A DNA stretch of 64,000 nt, taken from Okamejei kenojei (lineage: Eukaryota). The stretch lies in the NCBI GenBank assembly GCA_035221665.1, contig CM069153.1, forward strand, positions 21,948,001 through 22,012,000, written 5' to 3'. Of this stretch, positions 12,146 through 26,483 are shown in pieces. Under the pieces are notes generated by a model. That model was not told the origin of the DNA, did not search any database, and was given only the letters and a program-made list of their open reading frames with translations. The translations under genes were made by a program, and so were the position numbers. The first letter of the stretch is position 1; every line of letters begins with the position of its first letter.

Positions 12146-13979
12146 CTACATATGTTTACAAACATAACAAGAATTAATTAATATACAAGTCAGCAAATTA
12201 ATCGCTAACACCAGCACAAACCTTGCTGTCATTGTTTATTTCATCCATGGTTCTAACCACGGGACAGTTTAAGAGCTAAATAAAACATCGTTCAGTGTGT
12301 CTAGAACGCCCGACAGTATATACTATGAACCATTCTATAGCCATTATTGTCAACATACAGGAACTTACTATAATTTAATCAATGCAGGGAACAAAGTTTG
12401 GCATGGAAATGAAATAAGAGTTGTGGTGATTACCCCAAAGTGTCCCTGGCACAGTGTCCACCCAGCTGCATTACAGATCTTTTGTTTCAACACACCTACA
12501 AAATTTCCCTGCCTTGAGACAGAGGCATGCATCGACGAGGAATCAGCCTAAAAAACTAAATTTCAAATTCTGCTGTTAGTGGGTCAGATGTTTAAAGAAA
12601 CATTGTTCAACAGTTTCTTTGGAATAGAGACAGGTTATTTAGAGGGTATGGGGCCGAAACGCAGTGTCAGGGTGAGAACTTTAGTGTAATGGTGACCTGT
12701 TGGCCATAGTGCTGGCAAATTGGGCCAAAGTGACTTTTTTCTTTGTTTTCTTTTTTCCCGCCAATGACCATAAGACCGTCCAAACTGTACACTGTGGAAA
12801 TAAATGTTTACAGTCACAGTTCAGATTTAACTTAAATATCTACACTATTTCTAGCTTATATGAGAAACAGTAAATTCAATAGTTCCATCCATTTCCCGAA
12901 AAAAGAATCATAGGCTTAAAACTCTAAATTCCGAATACTGGTATAGTCCGGAAGCTAGATGAATATATCATAAGATAGATGAATGCTTTTTCACAGCAAA
13001 TGTTTTTCAAGATGAATTTCAAGTTCCTCAAATTCGGCTTTTTGAGAAAATGTTCCCAATGCAGGAATTCACTGTATTATGAAACAAACTACTAATAATT
13101 GCATCATCACATTAAACTAATATTGCATTAAAAGTTATCAGTAACATTAAATAATGAGAGACAACAGGACTATAGATCATAAGTGCATAAGTCAAAATTT
13201 GTATAATTGTTTATTTTGATAGTTTTATCATTGTTAAGTGTACTGAGGTACTGTGAAAATTTTTTTTTTGTGGTGCGTGCTATCCATTGGCCTAGGAAAA
13301 ATGACAATTGCAAACGTCCACAGTGTCACATATACAGGATAAATGTGAAAAAGTATACTAGTCTAAGATAATATCCAGTAAAGTCAGATAAAAATAGCCC
13401 GAGGGACACCCAATAAATGAGGTAGCTCAGGACCGGCTGTTTAGTTTGGTGATTAGGTCTTTTTTGAGGATTGAGGTAGGTTATTGTCCAACTGGTTTTC
13501 ATTGTGGATTTAGAGATATCAGTCGTTGACCAGGGGTGTATTCCCCGTTCACTATAGTTCTTATTCCAAGACACTCAGGACCAATTTAGAATTTTACAGA
13601 AGCCAATTAACCTACAAGCCGGGCACATCTTTGGAATTAGGCAGGAAACCTGAGCACACGAGGAGAAACACCTATCAGTTTCACAGTGGAGAACGTGTAA
13701 TCTCCCTAACAGACAGCTCCACCATAGTCCAGCATCGTAGACTGGGGTCTCTGGCGCTGTACATGGCCAGCGAGCTTTCCCATGCTGTGCCATTGTTTAG
13801 TGACTGGTTCTTAAGTGGAGTTTCTCTCAACGGTGTCAGTGCAACTTCCAACTAAGGTCACGTGTCAAGGAACTGCAAACCTACATATATCCAAAGAAAC
13901 AAAATTGGGTCCTTTCTGCAAAAATAATGGGAAGACATTGTCCTTCTGAAAACTAATGACCAGAAAATAAAGCATTAAC

Positions 13980-14104
13980 CCGATGGCTATTAATAGCTCT
14001 TGATCTAGCGGCAGATTGTCCAAGCTCTGAGCGCAATAAACAAAAAACTTTTTCCGTCTCTGTATTCTTCTGTCTCTTACTCTCCACCAGCCAGAGTTCT
14101 ATAT
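13980..14104 (-). CDS. PIK3R5: PIK3R5 coding exon (~14), very noisy
   Basis: Fragments TLAGGE, VF, ELGQSAA, RAI..ASG match human [32 protein letters not shown]. Boundaries approximate. Confidence 0.65.
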
Positions 14105-14514
14105 CTAGTCGAAACCGAAGTACTAATGCATACTGAAATTATTTTTATTACTTTAAGTTCTAGGGAGAAGCAATCTTTTTCGTCGTGAACTTTGCCTTAT
14201 GCAAATACAGTCAAGTTACCACCAACATTGTCAACATAGACTGAATGTTTTAAAATCATTGTGTATTTAAGTCTTTTCAATGGATATACATTCAGAAGAT
14301 ATCGGAGACACAAGGAACTGCAGAAGCAATAATCTTTGAGCAGATTGCCCGAGGAACTCAACGGTCAGTCCAGCATCTGTAGAGGGAATTGACAAGGCGA
14401 CATTTCAGACCTGGAAGACGGGTACATAACCCTGAAATGTTGTCTGACTAATATCCCTCCATAATGCCAGCTGACCATCAAAGTGTCTCCTGCACAATTG
14501 GAAATAACAGAATA

Positions 14515-15015
14515 TATACATCAAAATGCTGCAGTAACTCAGACGGACAGCAGCATCTCTCTGGAGGAAAAGGGAGCAACGATCTTCGGGTCGAGACTCA
14601 TCTTCACAGCTGATGAGTCGCGGAGCGAGTAGGGAAACTAGAAGGTACGAAAAGGTCCGGACAAATCAAAAGCCCAGTTCCAATGACCAAGGGAAAGGTG
14701 GAGCCCTCAACGGTTTCCAATGGAGTATGACTGTTAGGGAAGAAGTGATGAACGAAGAAAGAACCATTGTGGGCTCTACCCTTCCTTGGTCATTGGCTTT
14801 TGGTTTTAGTGCTGGCTTTGATTGATTTGTACCTTTTTCATACCTCTAACTGCGTCCCTCTCCCTGGTATTATCCTGTGACTCGCTATATCAGTAGCAAG
14901 GTCTCATCAGCCCCAAAAATGCACCTATTTCTTTTCTCCCAATTGAGTTTACTCCATCAATTTTATGTCTATTTTTTATGGTGTAAACTAGCAATCTGCA
15001 GCTCCTTCTCCTACA
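14515..15015. repeat. Penelope-derived inverted pLTR pair (fold-back)
   Basis: Left arm caaaatgctgcagtaactcag...caatgaccaagggaaaggtggagccc. Right arm gggctctacccttccttggtcattg...gagtttactccatc...gcaatctgcag is its reverse complement. Confidence 0.75.
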
Positions 15016-16354
15016 TCTCTATTCAATACACACTATCCTCCTACACATTAACTCACATAAACAGTTGGATGCTTTGGTACAGCTGATTAATGTGTGCATG
15101 ATAATAAAAGACCGTTAACAAAGTTTAATGCCCTATTTATTGAGCTAAACAAAAGAGTATTAGTCATTTATCATTTTAATAGTGGAAATAGCATTGGCTA
15201 TGAAGGTTCATTTATTTCTGGCGACCCAATCTCCAAAGAAAAAAAACAGGAAAATAATGGCACAAGTCTTTTCAAATCCGTTCAGTTGACTTACAGTGTC
15301 AGTACTGTAGCTTGAGTTACTTAGACGATAACCTATTTCAGAAGCAAAATCGTATCCGAGAGTATGTGAGGTCTGGAAACCTTTCTACCCTGCTAAGGTA
15401 GAGCTGCCTGGGTTTTTTTATTTTACCGTGTGCGCAGTGGTTAGACCATCTGCTTACAGCGCCAGAGTCTCCGGGGGTTCAAAATCCTGACTATGGGTGC
15501 TAGCGCCATACATGATGCCAAGATAAATAAACCTCATCTGTGTGCACAGTGATTCCATGCCCTTTTCATTATCCTGCATATCCAAGCACTTTAACTAAAA
15601 GACTCAAAACGCCACTATTGGCTTCTTGCCCTGAATCTATCCAAGGGAAGAACTCACGTCCTGTACACTTAGTCTTTAGGCTCTGAAATTGACCCAGTGT
15701 CGGCTCTGTTTCAATTGCTCCTGATGCAAAGCATGGATGCACTACACAATGTTGAGGGAAAGGGTGCAGAACTTAATGTTGGCTCACATGCAGCCAAATA
15801 TATTTTTCATTATTGGATGATAATACACAGAACGTGGAACCAGTTAACAGGCACAGGAACAGGCCCCTTTCGGACACAATGATCTGTGCCAAATCTGGAT
15901 GCCAATGGTAAAATCTAATCTCAATCTGCTCAGCGAAGTGATTCATATCGCTCGTATTTTGCTGATACGTTTAAGTACTCACAAACTTATCTATTACAGT
16001 CTTCATTTGCCTTTTTTTCATATCTGCCTCCCACCTCCACCACTGGCAGCACATTCCAATCCACCACTCGCGGATTCCCTCTGTGTAAAAAACACTTGCC
16101 TCAAATAATAGCCTTCGTTCAAAAGCCCCACCCTGCCCCTCTCTACCTTAAGCTCTAGTAATGCCCTTCTAGTATTTGATGTGACTTCCATCTTGGGAGA
16201 GAGGTTTTGACTGTCTTGCCTTCTCATAACATTATATACTCCCATCATCTCTCTCTGCAACTTCTGGCATTCGAAATAAATCAATCTGGTTTGTCCAAAC
16301 CTTTCCTCGTAGCTAATACTCCCAATAAAGGCTGCTTTCTGGCAAAAACCTCTT

Positions 16355-16686
16355 TAGACTTCAGAGATGCAGCATGGGTTGGAACAATCCTTTCAGGCCC
16401 TGCCCGAATCATCCGCACTCGACCCAGCAATCAACCGCATATACGAAAACTACCCTGCACACTAGGGACAATTTACAATTTTACTGAAGCCAATTAACCT
16501 ACAAACCTGTACCGCTTTGGATGTACCTCGTAGGAGAAAATCGTCGGAGCACCCTGAGAAAATCCCCACACGGTCACAGAAAGGACGTAAAAACTCTGTA
16601 CAGACAGCACCCGTAGTCGGGATCGAAGCCTGGGACTCTGGATGCTGTAAGGCAGCAGCTACTACCACTGTGCCACTGTGCTGCCC
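16355..16686 (-). mobile_element. HE1-type SINE
   Basis: Reverse strand begins gggcagcacagtggcacagtggtagtagctgctgccttacagc, followed by the V-domain core and a CR1-like tail. Confidence 0.85.
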
Positions 16687-17749
16687 TCGTCTTCTGCACC
16701 CCTCTTCCAAAACCACCAGAACTTTGCTCTATGAGGTGGCAAACCATCTTCTTATTCCACAAGTTTTTATTTCTTGATTAGTGACAATGGAGTGTACTTT
16801 AGACAAGCAGTTCAACAAATGCCATAGAACGTTAGAAATCATACAATTATCTTTAGAAATCTTCCAATTGAAACCATTAGGCAACTTTGTTTTTTAGGTT
16901 TAGGTTCATTATTATAATATGTACTGAGATACAGTGAAAAGGTTTGTTTTGAGCGCATGCTATCCAAAACAGATCAGACAGAAACCATACACAAATAAAA
17001 AATCAGTTCAAATTCAAATGCAATAGATTAGAGCAAAGAGAAAGATTACAGAGTGCGAAATGCAGGTCTGGGCATTAATAAAATAAATCACCAACACCGC
17101 ATAAAGTTCCCTGAATAAGAAATACCACCTAGAATTTAATGTGTAAACCTCAAAAACGGATATGCGGACTAAATATAGGCCTGGCTGTGTACTTTGGTAC
17201 CGTTTACACACTTAGACAGACAAACAGCAGGCTTGTTTTGCCGCTGCAATGAAGGGCCCAGTGGGCTGCGGCCCTCAAGCTCGGAAGCCGCCGAGCTCTT
17301 TTTGGCCCCCTGGACCGGTTGTGAGGAGTAGGCCGATTAGGAGAGTGCATTGCCTCCAGCACCTTCAAGGTCAGGCTGCAGGAGATGCGCCCCAGGACAC
17401 AGTGTCGGTCGGGCGACGGAGAAGGGACGTCTGGTTCCGGGGCAGAACTAGTCGAGGACGATTGGAGGAGTCCTCCGCAGCGAGCCTGGAGCTTTCCTGG
17501 TATTGGGAGGTCGCTCCAGTACATCCAGCAACATGGACCAGGACTTTGGACTTTTGTAAATGGCGCCAAAATATGGTGATTCACACATGTTTATTTAGTT
17601 TGGAGAGCACACAAAAAGAATTTCACTGTGCAGTGCATTATGTGACAATAACGAAAATAAACCATTGATAACAGTGCTGATGTGAGACTTTGATCGTGCA
17701 TTTTCACCTCACTGAGTCCCGGGCAAACAGTGCCAAAATGTACATTTAC

Positions 17750-17984
17750 CTCTGCTTGGTAAAGCTGGATTAACACTGGGTGAGTGGCATTTCGAAGAAT
17801 AAAATTTTGGGGGAAGGTGGGGGGGTGGGGGGGGGGGGGGGGGGGTGGGGGGGAGGGTAAAAAATGGTGAATGGGGGGGGGGAAAGGGGGAAAAAAACGT
17901 AATAAAGAATCAAGGTCACCATGATGGGAAGTTCCTCTCTGGTATCCTCCTCTCAGCTGAAGAGTTTTCTGGCTTGGAAGGCTC
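17750..17984 (-). CDS. PIK3R5: PIK3R5 coding exon (~13) split by a ~100-nt low-complexity burst
   Basis: EPSKPENSSAE..ELPIM.DLILYY [C-rich junk ~17798-17898] LRNATHPVLIQLYQAE versus human [28 protein letters not shown]. Splice sites ctgtgtag / gtaaat. Confidence 0.85.
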
Positions 17985-19689
17985 CTACACAGAACAGACA
18001 TACAATCACATGGTAGCAATAACATTCATCGGAAAAGGCTTAGTTCAATAAATATTTTATGTTTATTAATAATTCAGAAAGCATCTCCATGGTATTGGCC
18101 CGTCACCATCCACATTTGAAATAATAGGCATCATTCTGCCTTTCAGTTGTGTTTCTCCTTATTCCCCATATAAAAAACATAGAAAATTCACAGGTGGTGA
18201 ATCTTGTGGGAATTCATTGCCACAGATGGCGGTGGAGGCCATCAACGGATATCTTTAAGGCAGAGATTGGCAGATTCTTGATTAGTAAGGGTTTTGTCAC
18301 AGGTTATGGGGAGAATGAGAAGGAGAATGGGCTCTTGACAGAGAAAGATAGGTTCAGATTATCCATTGATATTAAATTAAGAAAAATGCAGCGTGTTGGA
18401 AGTAACTGCAGATGCTGGTTTATCCAGAAGATAGACACAAAATGCTGGAGTAAATAACTCAGCGGGTCAGGGCATCATCTTCTGGAGGAAAAGGAATAGG
18501 TGGCTGTGTCGAGTCGGGGAAACCGTTATTTATCACAGATTCACAAATACAGCACAGTATTTAGGCCCACATGTTTTGTTCCAGACATGATGTTAAGATA
18601 AGATAATCTTGTTAATTCTTTCATTATCTCTCAAGTTCACCTCTGTTGCAGAGTTCACAACTTAATTTTTTTATCATTCATGGTTCATAATTTTTTATTT
18701 TCAACTGATCCCCATTTTTTTGACTTGCCTGCTTTCTCCCTTTCAAATTCACATTTGAACACTTTCCAGGAGCAATCCGCACTCGGTGTGAGGATAAACC
18801 AGTTTAGTGGGATGCAACAATCGGTATAGTTTGTGTTTCACACATCAGTGTTGTACAATTTGGTTCAGTATTTGCCAGTCAGTCTTCCAACTGGGATCAT
18901 AAACTAGACTTACAAATTGTTTTCTTGCCCATATACACAGATTATACATATCTGCAACAAATTATTACCAAAGCTTATGCATCTTATTTTAATGATCTCT
19001 GAATATAGAAATCTATTACTCTTTGCCCTTCTCTTACTCTCGTGGCCAACTTGTTTGGGTCCTCTTCCTTTGTTTAGTGTAGTTTTTTTTGTTCGGAGAT
19101 ACAGCACGGAAAACAGGCCAACGATCTCCATACACTAGCTACACTATCCCACACACTTGGGGACAAGTGTACAATTAACCTAGCAAACACCTGTCCAGGA
19201 GAAAACCAAAGCACCCGGTCTCACGGGGAGAACGATTTATAAACTCTGTACAGACAGCACCCATAGTCGGGATTGAAACCTAGTCAAATAGTCACGAAAA
19301 AAAGGGGCTACCGCATTGAAGGCAGCCTCTGCCTACAGTCCGTTTGATTTTTTAATATTTTTAATTGTTTAGTCAGTTTTTTTAAAGTTTGTTTTGGGAA
19401 ATCTTTAACTTTTCTATGTGGGGGAGAGGATATAGGGTAAGGGGTGGGGAGTCTGTGTTAAAGCCTTTCGTGTTCTGTGCTCTTTATTATTTATTTGTAT
19501 GGCTGTATGGCGACCACAACATTTCACTGTACCAATTGGTGACATGTGACAAATTAAATGTATCTTGTATCTTGAACCCAATGTCTTTGGCGCTGTAAGG
19601 CAGTATAAACTTTATCCTGCCGACTTTGCGCCACCGTGCCATCCGACATAAGTCCTCTGATGAAGGCTTTGAGATTTGAAAAGTTAAGT

Positions 19690-20427
19690 TCACAGTCTCT
19701 ACTTAGGCGACTTTTTAGGCAAGTGCTGATCGGGCATGTTTCATTGGGCTCATTTGTGGGAAGAAAACAATTAAGATGAGTTTTCAGAACCAAGGATAAT
19801 TCAGCGACCGGTAATCTGTTGATGCTGCACACTGCCGAACTTCACAGCTGTATATCTCTGGCTTATTAAAAGTTGCTGTGGCTTCTTAAAAATGTTGTCT
19901 CTACTCCTTCTCCTGTCCCCCCCCCCCTCTTCCCCCCCCCCCCCCACCCCCCCTCTCCTCCCCCCACCCCCCCACCCCCCCCCATTTTTAAAGGACTTAC
20001 CTGTGCACTGTGCTAGCCATCTTAACCTTCCTGTTCATTCGGCGGTGTGTGTCTCTATAACCTTGCGTTGCACTGTGTGAATTTCAGTCAGCGCTTCCCT
20101 TCCCCCGCTTTCCCTGACTCNNNNNNNNNNNNNNNNNNNNNNNNNNNNNNNNNNNNNNNNNNNNNNNNNNNNNNNNNNNNNNNNNNNNNNNNNNNNNNNN
20201 NNNNNNNNNNNNNNNNNNNNNNNNNNNNNNNNNNNNNNNNNNNNNNNNNNNNNNNNNNNNNNNNNNNNNNNNNNNNNNNNNNNNNNNNNNNNNNNNNNNN
20301 NGTGTGTGTGGTGTTCCACTCTGACAGGTGCCGTTCCAGTTCCCCCGGATTTTTTCAGGTGAGTTGCGCGAACTTGACAGTTGCCCAGGCAGTCCGCTGA
20401 AAAATCTGCCTAAGTGGGACAGGCCCT
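19690..20427. mobile_element. Longer PIF/Harbinger-type MITE spanning the 181-N gap
   Basis: Right TIR cctaagtgggacaggccct followed by TTA. Degenerate left end gtctctacttaggcga. Same TIR as the 37229 and 47409 copies. Confidence 0.55.
20121..20301. other. Assembly gap (181 N) next to a (GT)n microsatellite
   Basis: N run followed by gtgtgtgtg. Confidence 0.99.
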
Positions 20428-20830
20428 TTAATCTTTTCTCTTTCCCACTTAAATGCAGCATTAGTGGCACAGCAGTAGAGTTGCTGCCTTACAGTGCCAG
20501 GGACCTGGGTTCCATCCTGGCCATGGGTGCTGTCTGTACGCGAGTTGTACGTTCTCTTTCTTTATTTTTATCCCGGACCTCAGATTTGTAATTACATTTA
20601 TTACATAAACTATTGCCTTGTCACTGCATATAAATTCCTTCATTCGTTTTCTCATTAACTATAAGTAACAAGCTGGACTGTGAGGAAACAGGCAGTAAGT
20701 AAACTGTCTTCCTTTGAATGGATGATGAAGGCAAATGGAGAAAGAGAAGAGTGAGAGAGAGCAAAGAAAGCAAACCTGTAAATACAATTTTTTAAAGGTT
20801 TACGGCACAATCCCAGCCCATTTATGTTAC

Positions 20831-20964
20831 CTGGCAAAGAGAGCTGTTGTTGGTAAGGTCTGCAAGTTAGAATGATTGCGCTCATACCAAGAGTCCAACA
20901 TGCCAAATGTATCGGGCAATGTTATTGGTACTATCTTTTTCTGTGGGCTCATGTGAGCCAAAAT
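20831..20964 (-). CDS. PIK3R5: PIK3R5 coding exon (~12), indels
   Basis: DSTNNIARYI/GMLDSWYERN...LCQ versus human [24 protein letters not shown]...LCQ. Splice sites catttag / gtaaca. Confidence 0.88.
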
Positions 20965-21639
20965 CTAAATGTGTTAATAAAGGCGCAAAATGAAGGTAAG
21001 AACAATAGTATTAATTTCATCATATTTAATTTTGAATCAGTCCTTTTGTCAAAATACCCAGAACTGCTGCCATTAACCAGGCATGTTCAATTCTTGTCAA
21101 AGCAAACAGATGAACGAATTTCATGTTATGCTGGAAATTCTTATTTTTGTGTTCTGAGAAAGTAAAACGTCTGAGATATCTTTTCTCATGAAACGTGGCA
21201 CAATCTGCTTGTTTGCAGGGCACATCCCAAACACCCGATGAAAGTGGGCAGCCAATGTGGTGCCGGTCATCGCTGATAGAGCTGCTTGCCCTATTCCACA
21301 TCTTCAACGTCTCCTGCAATTAATGTAGAGACACAGATAGGGTAGACAGTCAGAACATTTTTTCAATGTCCAAATCACTAGAGAACATGGCTATAAGATT
21401 GAGAGGGGGAAAGTTTAAATAAGATGTGTGGGGCAAGCCTTTTTTTTTTTTTACACATCAGAAGTAATTGGGGCCTGGACACAGTGCCGTGAGACTGGTG
21501 GTGGGATGGCAAGATATGATAGTGTGGCTGTATGACGATGCTTTTAAGATAGGAGGAGTCACATGTAAAAAATGTGGGATAGATAGGGGATATGGATCAT
21601 ATGGGGGGCGGGGATGGGGGGGAAGGGGGGGAGTGGGCA

Positions 21640-21670
<31 letters not shown>

Positions 21671-22480
21671 GCAGATGAAGATGGTTTAGTGGAGTGTTTC
21701 ACATTTTCACTGTAAGCATGCGAGTCTCGACTGGGTGCTGCAGTTTTTTGTTCCACATCCCACGGTCAAGCATTGTTGGCGGTTAATTGGCTTCTGTAAA
21801 ATTGTTCTTAGTGTAGGTTGAGTGGTAGCATTTTCTGCAGCATATTGATGGAATAGGATTAGGGGGAATGAAACAGGACTTTGTGGTGGGATTGGAGGAG
21901 TCACTAGCATGAGTCTTGGTGGACTAGCACAAGCTTGGTTCATACCTCTGATCTCTCTCAGGATCATCATGGCTAGTTCTCATCGACCACCCGTAACTCT
22001 CGATCAATGCTTGTTTGGTTACTACTTCCAAAAAGTGTGAAGGATTTTCTTAGTCTACCTTCGTCGCCTATTCCTGAGCGTTTGCCCTTCACTCTGAATA
22101 CAAGCCATAAGTTTTTTGTAAAACATTAGGCAGCCCTACCTAATGAAATACCATCCTTAATCCTTGATTTGGAGTGCGACAGAAAGAAAGATGTGCAATT
22201 TATGCTACTTTTCTTTTATTAATCACGAACAAGTGTGTTCGTGTGGGAGAGAGCGCGGAAAAAAATGTTGAATAATTTATTCTTAATACAGATCCAGAAA
22301 TAAATTACTTTGACAGCTATATTGTAACAGAAAAAACAAGCATTCAATTAAAACTCATAATACCAAGATATGATTATAATGATTGCTATCAAAATATTAG
22401 ACCATTTAATTAATTAAATCTTGGTTTAATTCCAATATTACTTGTTCATGAATCCATGCAACAGAGTGAGATTTATTTAC

Positions 22481-22641
22481 CATTTTTTGCACGGGGCCCT
22501 TTGTTGATCGTCTGTGGTGTGTTTGTGACCTGCACGGAGCTACCGAGTGAATTTTGATGCAGTGGAATATAAAAAAATTGCATTTTCCTGAAGTACTTGG
22601 GATGTTTAGAAGAAGGGAGTTTGCTTTTTCTTCTTTTAAAT
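22481..22641 (-). CDS. PIK3R5: PIK3R5 coding exon (~11), indels
   Basis: Contains KYFRKMQFFYIPLHQNS, versus human RFFKLQFFYVPV. Splice sites ttttctttcag / gtaaat. Confidence 0.82.
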
Positions 22642-25264
22642 CTGAAAGAAAATGCATAATATTAGATACCAGCATCTAGTTTCTGAAGAGCCAAAAGATT
22701 GTAAACCCCCTTCAAAGCAGACAAAACAGAGATAGGTTAGATTTGACTTGTTGATTGGTGCAGGTGTTAGAGAAGTATTAAGGGCGGAAGGCAGGAGAAT
22801 GGTTTAAGGAAGGAGAGACAGATCAGCCATGGGTTGAGAATTGGCGGAGGAGGGACACTAATGGGTCAGAAATGGCTATCTTCGGTGCAAACCAGCATCC
22901 GCAGTTCTTCCTACACTAAGAGGTTAGATACTATTCGTCATTATGGTTGTCCTCCTGCCTGAGGACATCTAAAACAGAATAACAATGCGTCGACAAAAAA
23001 AAATAGACACAGAAATGCCTGAGTAACTCAGCGGGTCAGGCAGCATCTTTGGAAAACATGGATTGGTGCTAGTTTTCTCGCTCGTGTATCGGGAAACCGA
23101 AAACATGGGTGGGTGATCACCTATCCAAGTTCTCTAGAGATACTGTCTGATTCTGCCAGTTACTTCAGCATTGTGTCTTTTTTTGTAAATCCAGCACCTG
23201 CAGTTTAGTTGCTTGTATCTGCAGAATAGCAATGATGATTTGTTTTACACCATTTTGGGATGAATTCTCAGAACAAAAGAGGGACGCTTTCTGATTATAA
23301 GTAACTCCTTTGACTAGAATTACTTTTGCACGAAAGTACCCATTCACAAGTATACTTTACAGTCTTTGTTTTTCCATCCTGGTGACTTTTTATGAGTTGG
23401 GACTATTTTTCCGTGAAATGTATTCTATAACTATTGTATGATTTCCACGAATTTTTAGTATAAAAGGTTTGTATCAGATATTGTCACAATACAAAATTGG
23501 TGATGGGTTTGATCCTGATACGGGTGCTGTGTATATGGATATTTCCACTGGTGAGTTTGCCAGTTCTCCCTGTGGCCACGTTAATTTTCCCCGGGTGCTT
23601 CGGTTTTTTCTCCCACACTCAAAGGACATGCGAGAGTGAGTTGTAGGTTTAATTGCCGTCGGTAAAATTGTAAATTGTTAGTGTGCAAGCGATCTGCTGG
23701 ACTCGATGGGCCAAAGGGCCTGTTTCTGTGCGGGATCTCTAAACTAAATTATAGCTAAAATTATTTGCTTTCTGTTATATACAACAGTCAGAGGTTGAGG
23801 GGAAATCCTTGAGAGAAGTATATAAAATGATGAGGGGTAATTATCCCAGGCCCTTTCACTATTCGGTATGAGGGAATCCCCCCCTCATCCTTTTAAAGTC
23901 CAGTTCGCTTAACATGCACAGTGGCCTTCAAACGCTCATCCGAAAGTGTAACCGAATTATTCCTGGGATCGATTCACTGGATCTTGGATAAAAATGCAAA
24001 AGTTTGTTAGAAGTTTATAAAATTAGCCTGAGAGTTGATACATTATTATTTCAAATTCCAATCAATTTTAATAGGTGCTCGGGTATGTTTTGAATATGAA
24101 ATTATTCTTTTTTACCGAACCATCAAAGTTCAGTTTAATTGGGCTGCAGGAAAAGCACCACCAGCATTCTGTGCTGGAGGTGGTTACATGGAAAATCTGG
24201 TGCATACCTGCAGAAGACAAGGACTACAAGGCAAGCGAGCGCGGTGAGAAGGGCTCCTGGCCCCATCCCAACAACAAGCCCAGCTATACCACACGGAACA
24301 GGAGAACATAAGAAGGGAGCGCCCGGGGAAGGAAGGCGGGGAGAGAGGAGGATGGAGGGACATGTCGGCGGAAGTGGACAATAGGCCCGGTAAGGATAAA
24401 CCAGAGGGGGCCTTACCTATCATGCCACTGGAAGACACTCCCCTAGGGAACAAGGGCTGAAGAGGGCCGTGCTGGTAAGGAGAGGGACAACAGTTCCATC
24501 AATGACCATCGATTCATCCATTCATTACTATGTCTACGTATACACTTTCTCCATTAAGTCCACATATTCCCTAGGTACTTGGGGCAATGTTACAGAGGCT
24601 AATCAACCTACAACCCGCACCCCCACTTCCTTGGGATGTAGGTAAGGAACTAGAGCACACGGAGGAAAACCAAGGAGGTGATGGGAGAAACATAATGCAA
24701 ACAACCAAACAGACAAGCATCCCAGATCAGGGATCAAACCCATAGTCCCTCTGCTAGAGGTGATGTTTCTGGCTGCGACTCTATCCAGCTGCACCACCGT
24801 GCTGTTCATAAGGTCCACAAGGTGAATAGTAGAAGTAGAATTAGGCTTTTCAGCGTTCCCATCAGTCCTGCTCCCGCCATTCAATCATGGATGGTCTGTC
24901 TCTCCCTCCAACCCCATTCTTGCTGCCATGCTGCTACTCCCGTTAAACCTCTAACACCTGCACTAATCAATAATCTATCTATCTCTGTCAAAAAATATGC
25001 ACTGACTTGACCTCACACAGGCCTTCGTGGCAAACGAATTCCACAGATTCACCACCCTGACTAAATCATCTCCTCATCTTCTTCCTAAAAGAAATGTCCA
25101 ATTGTTTCATTCTGAGGCTATGACCTCTAGTCCTAAACTCTACAACTTGGGAACAACATTTCCTATCATCCTCTCTGACAAATTAGGTATTCTGGGAAAG
25201 ATGCTCACTTTACACAGCATTTGTACGAAAAAACAAACTGGTTAAAGATGTAGGAATATCTTAC

Positions 25265-25993
25265 CTATAGAGATTTGCTGTAAGCTCTTGCAATTGTTTT
25301 CCTAGAATCTTGTCAGTACCAAACACGACAAACTCGCAATGTCATTGGTTTTGCAATCATCCTCAAAGCTGAGGATACGGTCTACGAATAAATCCTTGAA
25401 GTGGTTGTTCTGCTGTGAAGTTCAGTCCGTGCTGGCATTTGTAGCCTGCATGTTTTTTTGCGGTAAAGAGTTTGAACGCCTGGATTTCATTGGGGGCTTA
25501 GATTTTTATTTCAGTGCAGCCCAAACTTTCAGCTCGTCGAAGAGGTAAGGAGCCTGACATGGAAGTTCCTTTACAAAGATTTGAGTAAGAGTAGTTTTAG
25601 ACTGTACTTTGGATCTGCCGTTTAGCTGTCAGGGAGTTTCTGGATTTGAATTGAGCTTGGCATAATTTTTTTGTCCAATATTTCTTTCCCACCGTGTTCT
25701 GTTTTTCTTCTTTCGCTCTGATGTCCCATCGTTTCAGATGAACTTTCATCTCCATTCCTCTTACATTAGCCACTGTCCATGTAATCCGAGAGATTTGAGA
25801 CAAATGATTTCATGTAGTCATTGGATGTGAGAGATATTGTAGAGAGCACAGAATCCCGCTCGTTTTCAATTACATGTCTTCTTCCTCCACATCCTCCTCC
25901 TCTTCATTACTTTTGTGGTGCAGGAGATTAAAGGAAGCACGACAGTGTCAGGAACCTCGAGCACTCTTTTCAGGAGAACCTCCTGTAAAACAT
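25265..25993 (-). CDS. PIK3R5: PIK3R5 large exon (~10), multiple indels
   Basis: Begins DVLQEVLLK, followed by an acidic EEEEDVEEE tract and the motifs ERDSVLST, SFVSNLSDYMDSG, LPLRRAESLG, SRRSNSLPQ, and ends ...VVFGTDKI..IARAYS. These recapitulate human p101 across shifting frames. Splice sites ttttattttag / gtaaga. Confidence 0.9.
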
Positions 25994-26399
25994 CTAAAAT
26001 AAAAACGAAAGAAATTGAACTATATTTATAGCATACACATTGATCCAGAATTTTACAAGGTTCAAGACTGCCATTGCAATAATTCAAACACAGATCGTAC
26101 AAAATCAGGCTATTTTCTCCAGTATTGTGAAGTAGAGGCACATTAAATCATAGAGAGATACAAAGTTGATGGAGGAACTCAATGGATCAGGCAACATTTC
26201 AGGTTGGGACCCTTCTTCAGACTAACTTATATACAAAAAAAGCGTTTCACTGTACCTCAGAACACGTGAAAATAAACTAAACTTAACTAAACTGGAGAGC
26301 GCACAAACATTATAACTTGGCGCACATGACAATAACAAATTGAGACCAACACCAAATCTGTGATATGACTTGAACATTATTATGTTGCTGTGTGCTTAC

Positions 26400-26483
26400 C
26401 AAAGTTGTCCTGGTCCCAGTGATAACTGTAGCAGTTTGCAACTGGCAGCGGGATTGTTTGCAGTTTAGCTGTCCTGTTACAGT
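26400..26483 (-). CDS. PIK3R5: PIK3R5 coding exon (~9)
   Basis: DCNRTAKLQTIPLPVANCYSYHWDQDNF versus human [28 protein letters not shown]. Splice sites tttaatag / gtaagc, 84 nt, clean. Confidence 0.95.

Noticed and set aside
21600-21670. Long poly-G as a G-quadruplex element
   Set aside because: It interrupts a CR1 tail in a low-quality region and is most likely sequencing noise.
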